A DNA stretch of 27,420 bases, from positions 1 through 27,420 of the IMG/VR virus record IMGVR_UViG_3300033076_000527; one strand, written 5' to 3'. The notes beneath the pieces are model-generated. The model made no database searches. It saw nothing but the letters and a program-made list of their open reading frames with translations, and had not been told where the DNA came from. Shown here one piece after another: positions 6,600-14,000 of the stretch. How positions within the stretch are numbered: position 1 is the first letter of the stretch; each line of letters opens with the position of its first letter. The stretch comes from a virus. Its lineage: Duplodnaviria > Caudoviricetes. The position numbers and the translations under genes were made by a program.

Positions 6600-9569
6600 A
6601 TGGACTTGGACACAAAAAACTTTCTTACTCGCATATTTGCCCAGACCGACGAATTGGTTATCTGCACGCACAAGCCAGACCCATCGGGCAAAAATCCCCG
6701 TGGCATTTTCTGGAACCGTGGCTCATTTGCCAATATCGACGATGCGGTCGATGCAATCTCCAAGTGGGACACGGAACCCACAACAACTGTTTACTACGGC
6801 GTCGGCTCATTTGCTGGCCACGCATACACCGACGACAACGGTCGAAAGAAGTGGACTAGAAAGCAAGAGCAGGCCACGTGGTTTAAAGCTCTGGCGCTCG
6901 ACTTAGACATCGGTGCAGACAAGCCCTACGCAACCCAGAAAGAGGGTTGGACTGTGATGGCAGCTGCGCTCTCAGCCATCGGTATGCCCGGCCCCATGGT
7001 CGTGTCATCTGGCAAAGGCATCCACTGCTACTGGCCGCTCACTGCAGCGATCAAAAACGCTGACTGGGTGAAGCTCTCAACAGCCCTTCGCCTCGCGCTT
7101 GAAGAGCACGGTGTGCAGATCGACACCAGCAAGATTCACGACCCATCAATGGTGCTGCGCCCCGTGGGCACACACCACAAAAAACAGCAGCCATGGAAGC
7201 CCGTGGAGTGCAAGCGTGACTGCCCAGATTACAACCCGCGTGACCTAGTGCCTATCCTGTCTCAGTGGATTGGCAAAGCTGCACAGGTGTCTCGCCCAGC
7301 TGCCGCGCGTGCTGGCAAACGATCTTCCATCATGGACGCCGTGATGAACTCCAACGACGTGTTGATCGACGCTGTGGCAATGCGCTGCAACCAAGTGCAC
7401 GCGTTGATTGAGTCTGGTGGTTTGCTCGACGCCGCTGGCCGCCCTGTGGAAGAGCCGCTGTGGCGTGCATCTCTTGGCTTGGCCAAGCATGCGACTGACG
7501 TGGCTGATGCAGTCGTCAAAATCGCTGGTGGGCACCCAGACTTCGACCTCGACGCCAACATGGCCAAGATCGAGGGATGGCGCGGTACAGGCCCAACGAC
7601 CTGTGCACGCTTCGAGCAGTTCTGTGCATCGGGTTGCGAGGGTTGCCCGCACAAAGGCAAGATCACCAGCCCAGCACAGCTGTCCGTAGTGACAGAGACC
7701 AAGGTGGAGACACCTGCTGGCGAGACCAAAGAATACAAACTGCCCAAGGGCTACGTGGTCAACAACGGACAAGTGTTCCGTGAGATCAAGACAGAAGTAA
7801 CAACCACCGATGCCAACGGCAATGATGTGGCGCAGGAAGTGACCGAGTTCGATTTGGTCAGCCCCTACGAGATGCACATCACTGGTATGTATAACGACCC
7901 TGAGAGCCGCAAGTCGGCGTTCAAGCTGATCGTGAAATACCCCATGACTGGTTGGAAAGAGGAAGAACACGAGATGGGCGTGCTTGCCACCATTGGCAAA
8001 GAGTTCACTACGTTCTTGCTGAACCGCCAGATTTACATGAAGCATGCTGGTCAATACGAGAAGGTGAGGAGTTATTTGATGGATTACTTGACGATGGTGC
8101 AGCAGCAGGCCCCAACGGGTCTTGACTATGTGTCGTTCGGTTGGCAAGAAGACGGCTCGTTCATGTGCGGCGCTTCGGTGCTCGGCCACGAGCACGGTGT
8201 GTCAGACATGCGCTTGCGCGGCCCAGCGGCAGAGTTCAAAGACAAGATCGCTCCTCACGGCAGCCGTGATGAGTGGGTGCGTGGCATGGCCATGCTTGAT
8301 CGTCCGGGCACCGACACACTGCGCTCTGCTGTGCTGCTGGCTACGGCTGGCATCATCGGCAACGCTGCAGGCAACGCCACATGCGTGGTGTCCATTTACT
8401 CGCCAGAGACTACGACAGGCAAGACCTTGTCGCTCATCGCAGCCAACAGCTTGATCGGCAACCCCAAAGATTTGTTCCTGAGCCAGACCGACACGGCCAA
8501 CGCCATGTATAAGATTCGCGGCGTGCTCAACCACCTGCCTTGCACGATTGACGAGCTGACCACTGCGGACGACACCAACATCGCAGACATGGCCTACATC
8601 CTGAGCCAAGGCCGTGAGAAGAACGCCATGACCAAAGAGCGTGAGCTGCGCAAGCCCGCCACATGGGCTGGCCCAACACTGGTGACAACCAACATTTCGC
8701 TGCATCAGAAGTTCGAGGGCGCACAGGCTGGCAATGACCCGCTCAAAGCCCGCTGCTTGGAGTTGCCACAGCATGACCGCACCTTCGTTGAGACCCGTGC
8801 AGACGGCAAGAGCGATGGCTACGACTTCTTCGACATCATGGCCAAGAACAATGGCTGGGCTTTCCCAGAGTTGGTCGAGGTGGTGATTGCACGTGGTGGC
8901 GCTGAGGAAGTGTGGAATCTGGCCGAGGCATCGTTCGTCAAGACGTTCGGTTTCCTGTTCGAGCCACAAGAGCGCTTCTACCGCACAGCCATAATCTCTG
9001 CATGGGGTATGGGCCGCATCGGTCAGGCACTGGGTCTTTTCCCGTTCGACGTGAAAGCCACCATCCAGTACCTGATTGAGCGCGTCAAAGCCACTCGCCA
9101 ACTAGCAGAAGACAACAAGATCGACGTGTTCGACACCATCGGCCAATTCTTGGCAGAGCACAACGACCAGCTGGTCGAGTGCAAAGAGAAGTACGGCAGC
9201 GGCGTCGAGCAAGTTGTGTTGCCAGCCCCAGAGCGTGCCGTGGCACGGGTCAAGATCGTGTACGACGCGGCAACCCCCATCATGCCCGGCAGCTGCGTGT
9301 CTATCAGTGCAGAACGTCTGCGCATGTGGCTCAAGCACAAGAACGATGGCCTTGACCGCATCGAGCGGGCACTGGATGTCGAGGGTGCGTTGCTCAAGCG
9401 CCGCGAACGCATCACGCTGTTCAAGGGCTGCCCCAAGCATGCGCCCGGCCAGATGCAGTGCGTTGTGCTGAACCTGAACCACCCACGATTTGTTGAGAGC
9501 TTGACTGGCACCAACTCACGCCCACAAAGCAAAGTGACGTTGGCGGTACTTGGCGCAGCGGCAGCATAA
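6600..9569 (+). CDS. Primase-helicase: AEP/RepB-like primase + Cys-cluster accessory domain + DUF927 helicase
   Basis: LALDLDIG, SSGKGIHCYW, DPSMVLRPVGT (AEP motifs); C...GPTTC...CEGCP cluster; FGWQ, TTTGKT Walker A, TIDELT Walker B, GREK of DUF927/Cch-like ATPases; AGGGG RBS. Confidence 0.88.
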   Translation: MDLDTKNFLTRIFAQTDELVICTHKPDPSGKNPRGIFWNRGSFANIDDAVDAISKWDTEPTTTVYYGVGSFAGHAYTDDNGRKKWTRKQEQATWFKALALDLDIGADKPYATQKEGWTVMAAALSAIGMPGPMVVSSGKGIHCYWPLTAAIKNADWVKLSTALRLALEEHGVQIDTSKIHDPSMVLRPVGTHHKKQQPWKPVECKRDCPDYNPRDLVPILSQWIGKAAQVSRPAAARAGKRSSIMDAVMNSNDVLIDAVAMRCNQVHALIESGGLLDAAGRPVEEPLWRASLGLAKHATDVADAVVKIAGGHPDFDLDANMAKIEGWRGTGPTTCARFEQFCASGCEGCPHKGKITSPAQLSVVTETKVETPAGETKEYKLPKGYVVNNGQVFREIKTEVTTTDANGNDVAQEVTEFDLVSPYEMHITGMYNDPESRKSAFKLIVKYPMTGWKEEEHEMGVLATIGKEFTTFLLNRQIYMKHAGQYEKVRSYLMDYLTMVQQQAPTGLDYVSFGWQEDGSFMCGASVLGHEHGVSDMRLRGPAAEFKDKIAPHGSRDEWVRGMAMLDRPGTDTLRSAVLLATAGIIGNAAGNATCVVSIYSPETTTGKTLSLIAANSLIGNPKDLFLSQTDTANAMYKIRGVLNHLPCTIDELTTADDTNIADMAYILSQGREKNAMTKERELRKPATWAGPTLVTTNISLHQKFEGAQAGNDPLKARCLELPQHDRTFVETRADGKSDGYDFFDIMAKNNGWAFPELVEVVIARGGAEEVWNLAEASFVKTFGFLFEPQERFYRTAIISAWGMGRIGQALGLFPFDVKATIQYLIERVKATRQLAEDNKIDVFDTIGQFLAEHNDQLVECKEKYGSGVEQVVLPAPERAVARVKIVYDAATPIMPGSCVSISAERLRMWLKHKNDGLDRIERALDVEGALLKRRERITLFKGCPKHAPGQMQCVVLNLNHPRFVESLTGTNSRPQSKVTLAVLGAAAA

Positions 9570-9578
9570 GGAGGCATC

Positions 9579-9779
9579 ATGCAATCATCTAGGCTACGTG
9601 AAATCCAAGACTGTGCGAACAAGGCCGCTGTGAAAATAGCATCGGTCGAACAGCACCGTCGTCACATCCACATCATCTTGGAGAACGGCCGCAAGGTCTT
9701 CGCCGCCATATCGCCCAGCGACAAGCGGGCGTCACTCAATCTAGTGCGCGACCTAAAGCGCGAAGGAGCAGCTGCGTGA
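9579..9779 (+). CDS. Small HicA-like (dsRBD-fold) phage protein
   Basis: Strong AAGGAGG RBS; alpha-beta-beta-beta-alpha pattern with His in the first hairpin and C-terminal SPSDxRxxxNxxxxLKR. Confidence 0.55.
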   Translation: MQSSRLREIQDCANKAAVKIASVEQHRRHIHIILENGRKVFAAISPSDKRASLNLVRDLKREGAAA

Positions 9780-10201
9780 GTATTGATTCAATCGAGTTGT
9801 GGCATCGCCGCGCTCGCCCAACACCAACCAAAGATAACTTCGCTGTGCAGCTGGGCTGCCACTTCGAGGAAATCAACGAGATGCTGGACGTGCTGAAGTT
9901 CGAGGGTAGCTACACCAACCTGCGATACGAGCTCAAGTTGCTGGCATCCCGCCTGAAGACTGGCGAAGAGGTCGTTACTATCACTGACCGCAAAGAATTT
10001 CTGGACTCGGTCTGCGACCAGACGGTCACAGCAGTGGGTGCAGGGCACTGCGCGGGCATGCGCACATCGGAAGGTATCGCCGAGGTCAACCGCTCGAATT
10101 GGAGCAAGTTCGATGAGAACGGCAACCCGTTGTTCAACGACGACGGTAAAATCATGAAGGGCCCCAACTACAAGGCCCCTAACCTTGAGGGCCTCTACTG
10201 A
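9776..10201 (+). CDS. MazG-like / PRA-PH family nucleoside triphosphate pyrophosphohydrolase
   Basis: EEINE...EFLDSVCD acidic motifs; EVNRSNWSK...DGKIMKGPNYKAPNL; GTG start with AAGGAG RBS. Confidence 0.88.
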   Translation: MSIDSIELWHRRARPTPTKDNFAVQLGCHFEEINEMLDVLKFEGSYTNLRYELKLLASRLKTGEEVVTITDRKEFLDSVCDQTVTAVGAGHCAGMRTSEGIAEVNRSNWSKFDENGNPLFNDDGKIMKGPNYKAPNLEGLY

Positions 10202-10210
10202 GGATTAACT

Positions 10211-10462
10211 ATGCCACGTGACTACAAAAAAGAGTACGCCAACTACCAAGGCAAGCCAGAGCAAATCGCCAACCGCGCAAAGCGCAACGCTGCACGTGCT
10301 GTCATGGAGAAAAAGGGTGTGGTGTCAAAGGGTGACGGCAAGGACGTAGACCACAAGCGCCCAATCGTCAAAGGTGGCGGTAATGGAACTGGCAACCTGC
10401 GTGCAGTACCTAAATCCCAGAACCGCTCCTTCGCCCGCACACGCAGTGCAGGCATGAAGTAA
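10211..10462 (+). CDS. Small HNH endonuclease-like protein
   Basis: RDYKKEY...DVDH-x-P-x-GG-x-N-x-NLR...NR betabetaalpha-Me pattern; GAGGA RBS. Confidence 0.75.
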   Translation: MPRDYKKEYANYQGKPEQIANRAKRNAARAVMEKKGVVSKGDGKDVDHKRPIVKGGGNGTGNLRAVPKSQNRSFARTRSAGMK

Positions 10463-10618
10463 TTACTTCTTGGCCTTGGGCTTCGCGCCCTTGGCTTTCT
10501 GGTCTTCACGAACGAACTTCGTAGCGACCTTCTTAGACACACCCACCTTCTTTGCGAAGGCGGGGTCGTGCATTGCGGCACGCATCAAGTTGGCTTGTTT
10601 AGCTGACTTGAATGGCAT
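10463..10618 (-). CDS. Tiny basic protein, 51 aa (MPFKSAKQANLMRAAMHDPAFAKKVGVSKKVATKFVREDQKAKGAKPKAKK); not in the ORF track
   Basis: Translated by hand: ATG 10618 to TAA 10463, 2 nt after the previous stop; 13 Lys + 2 Arg. Confidence 0.8.
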   Translation of the reverse strand: MPFKSAKQANLMRAAMHDPAFAKKVGVSKKVATKFVREDQKAKGAKPKAKK

Positions 10619-10620
10619 GA

Positions 10621-10770
10621 TTACTTCTTCTTTTTAGCCTTGTGCAGACCGGGCTCCATCTTCTTTTCCATAGCGGCATAAGCCTTTTTGGTTGGGGCCA
10701 TTTTCTTTTCAGCGGCTTCCATCTTTTTGGATTCGCCTTTGCCGAAGGGGTTCATTTTCTTAGTTGCCAT
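10621..10770 (-). CDS. Tiny Lys-rich protein, 49 aa (MATKKMNPFGKGESKKMEAAEKKMAPTKKAYAAMEKKMEPGLHKAKKKK); not in the ORF track
   Basis: Translated by hand; AAGGA RBS overlapping the upstream stop; 16 Lys with repeated xKKM units. Confidence 0.8.
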   Translation of the reverse strand: MATKKMNPFGKGESKKMEAAEKKMAPTKKAYAAMEKKMEPGLHKAKKKK

Positions 10771-10779
10771 GATGGTTCC

Positions 10780-11043
10780 TTACCATTTAACTTTGTCGGC
10801 CCAATAGGCGGCTGACATTTTGCCTTTGGCGATGTTGCTCGCATGACGAGCTTTGAACGCCTCGTTACGTGCAGACCCGTCAGGGCTGCCCTTAACTCCT
10901 TGCTGACCAAAGCGGATGGTCTTCACCTGATCGCCAACCTTGGCCACGACGACGTGGCTCTTCTTTGGGTGGCTGGGCGTAGCCTTGGGTTTGTTGTAGC
11001 CTGACACGCCAGCGCGTGCCAGTCGGGGGTCTTTAGTTGCCAT
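10780..11043 (-). CDS. Small basic phage protein, 87 aa
   Basis: GAGGAG RBS; motif KTIRFGQQG...FKARH...SAAYWADKVKW; strongly basic. Confidence 0.8.
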   Translation of the reverse strand: MATKDPRLARAGVSGYNKPKATPSHPKKSHVVVAKVGDQVKTIRFGQQGVKGSPDGSARNEAFKARHASNIAKGKMSAAYWADKVKW

Positions 11044-11045
11044 GT

Positions 11046-14000
11046 TTACTCCTCAGCGCCACCACGGGCTTTTTCAATCTCTTTGTCCATGCGAGTGCGC
11101 AACTCTTCGAGTTTCTCGTCGAGCGCATCATAGTCTGGATATGCTTTGCGGTACTCGTCGCGTTTTGCACTGGTCATCGCGGATTTGAAATCCTTCTGGA
11201 TGCGCTTGACCACGATGTCGTTGATGGCTGCTTGCTCAGTGACGTTGAAGTCGTAGAACTTCAGGCCGAAAGCGCGTGCAATGGGCAGGCTGGATGGCTC
11301 GTTGCCAGTGATGCCTGTCTTACCTTCAATGATGTCGTCCACCTTGCTGATGTTGCGGCTGTTAATCAGCGGGATTGTGGCTGTGTCGTATGTGAACTTG
11401 GCGCTTGTCCACAGCTTTTGCCACTCGGTGTCCGTTGGCTTGTGCAACGACTTACCAGTGTAGGGGTCAACACCACCCACCAAGCCGAGGATGCCGCTCA
11501 CGAATGGGCCGCTAGGTGTCAAGGATGCAGGAATCCACGACTGACCCATCATGCCGTTGGGCAGGCCGCGTGTGAACGATGCCAGTGGGAAGTAATCGCC
11601 GAGTTTGTAGTACACAGGATTCTCTTCGTCGCCCATGAATGGGATGCGGATGTTCATGTAGGGGCCAACTGAGCCGAACATGCGTTCGCGGATGGACTCT
11701 GGCCCTTGCTTGCGCAGTTCCTCGTCGTCGCCCGCTGCACCGCCCATGGCGGCTTCAAGAATCATGTAGGCCATCATCACGTTGGCCAGCTTCCATGGCT
11801 CGTACACGGCGATGCGGCCGATGACGGGTGCCATAGCGTAGAACCAAGAGATGAACGGCAACGCTGTCTGGCGTGCGATCTTGACGGCCTTGGAGTCGAT
11901 GTCGTAGTCACCGAACGCCTTGCGGGCAAACAAGCCAGCTTCACGCATCATCTCAGCTGTGGGTGCACGAACACCAGCACGCTGTTGCAGGGCACCAGCG
12001 GTCTTCAGGAACGCGGCCATACGGAAGATGTTGTCTTCAGCGGCATAGAGCTGTGACGACAGATCGTCGAGGTACTCAGCGCCCTTGCCGACTTTCTTGG
12101 CTTGGGCTTGCAACCACTCAGCCTTGGCTTTTTCCACACCGAGCCAGCCGCCAACGCGGCGCATGACGGAGATGTCTTCGCCACCACGCAGGTTTGCCTC
12201 GTGGGCCTTGTAGATCGCTTCCTTCACCTCAGCGCTGGAGTAGTCGGCCAACATGGCACCAGAGTCACGGAAGGCCATCATGAGCTCAAGCTCAGGCTTT
12301 GTCAGCGACTTGGGGTTGGCTTCGTACTTGGCGAGAATCTTCGCAGCGTCACGCATAGTGCCGAACGAGATGTCGTGCACCATGGCCATGGTCACGTTGG
12401 ACGCGGTGTTGGTTACGTGGGTGCCGAAGTTCCACACGGTCTTGGACTTCTTAAACCAACGCATGGTGTTGTTGGCTGCACGCCAGTTCACGATGGGCTG
12501 ACGATCAGACATGTCGCCCATGGCGTTCCACACGGGGCCGGGGATGAACTTGCCAGCCAGCTCGCCGTACACAGGAGAATCTGGCAACTCCACCCATGTG
12601 CCAGACTGGCGGTACAACGCCTTGGTCTGTGGGGAGCGAGAAATCTCGTGCGATGCTTTGAGCACCATGTTGTCGAGGATGACGATCTTGTCCTTGGGGT
12701 CAGTGATGCCTTCGTTGATCGCGGCGTTCACGTCTTCGAGGCTGTCGTAGGCCACCTGTGCATGTGGGTTGTCGCCACGGCCCATGTCGTACACCGACTT
12801 GATGAAGTGCTTGCTGGCGTAGTTGTTGGCCAGTGCAGCAATGGTGTTGCGCAGGGCGTTGGCTACGTCGTCGGCCTTCTCGTTGGCGATCTTGTCCTTG
12901 GCAGTGGTGTTGGTCACGAACGAGTATTTGCCGTTCTTCATGCCCTCGAACAACCACTTGCGTGAGGTGTCCACCGTGAAGCCCATGGGGTTTACGCCGC
13001 CGAGTTCAGCGAAGCGTGCAGCTGACATGAAGCCAGCGGGCACCAGCTCGCCTTTACCAGACAGGCGGTTCACCTCGAACACACGGTATGCGTCGCCGTC
13101 AACCACGAGGTCGCCGTTGTCGTCTTTTTGGAACCAGTTGGAGTCGAGCTCAGTCTCGCCTTCGCGCTTCAAGCCCAGCACTTCATTGATCTTGCCGAGG
13201 CCGAAGGTTTGGCCAGCCACCTGCTCGGTGCGCTCAGGGAACAGCAAGGTTTCAGAAAACTTACGGCTTTGGAAGTAGCGTTGCTCGACGGGGGTGAGCT
13301 CGGCGACGTACATGTCGAACCATGACTTGAGCTTGTCGGCCACGGCCTTGAGCTTCATTGCGTCGGGCAACTTGTCCAGAGCCTTCTTGTCACCGTCCAT
13401 GTACGCGATCAAGGCGTTGACATCCTCTGCTGGGCGGCGAGAGATAACGTTGGCCAAGTCTTCTGCGTATTGGTAGCCGATGCCTTTATTGAGCTTGAAC
13501 GTGTCCATGATGCGGGACACGGATTCGTTCACGTTGTAGCGAGAGTTAATCCACCCCAAGACGATCTCAGCGCCGGGGAAGTTCTTCTCGATGAACGCGC
13601 GGGTCTTATCACCAGCCTTGCCGACCAGTGCACGCATATTGGCTTCGCTCCAGCCCACGGCTTCAAATGCACGCTGCGTCATCTGCAGCTGCACGCCGTT
13701 TGATTTGGCGAAGCGGGTGTAATCCTGCTCAGAAACACCGAGGGCCTCGGCGACTTTTGCGTCGCTCACAGGTTTGGTGGTTGTCACTGCAGCTTCGAGG
13801 ACTTGGCCTTGGCCAACTTCGGGGGTCTGCTTTGCTGCTTTTTCGAGCAACTCAAGCGACGACTGCAACACATCAGATGCGAGCGACGCGCGGCCACCCA
13901 GTAAACGGGTAGCGATCTGTTTGATCGCAGTCCAAGCACTGTTGATCGACTCTAAGAACGTCTTGGGGATGTTCTTGTCAGACTTCATTGTCTGGAGTGC

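Noticed and set aside
7245-9622. Long minus-strand ORFs (316, 299, 199 aa) opposite the primase-helicase
   Set aside because: Antisense shadows produced by the codon bias of the real gene; no motifs or RBS recognised.
10243-10581. 112-aa minus-strand ORF in the track
   Set aside because: It overlaps the HNH gene; the 51-aa ORF 10463-10618 in another frame fits the gene packing exactly.
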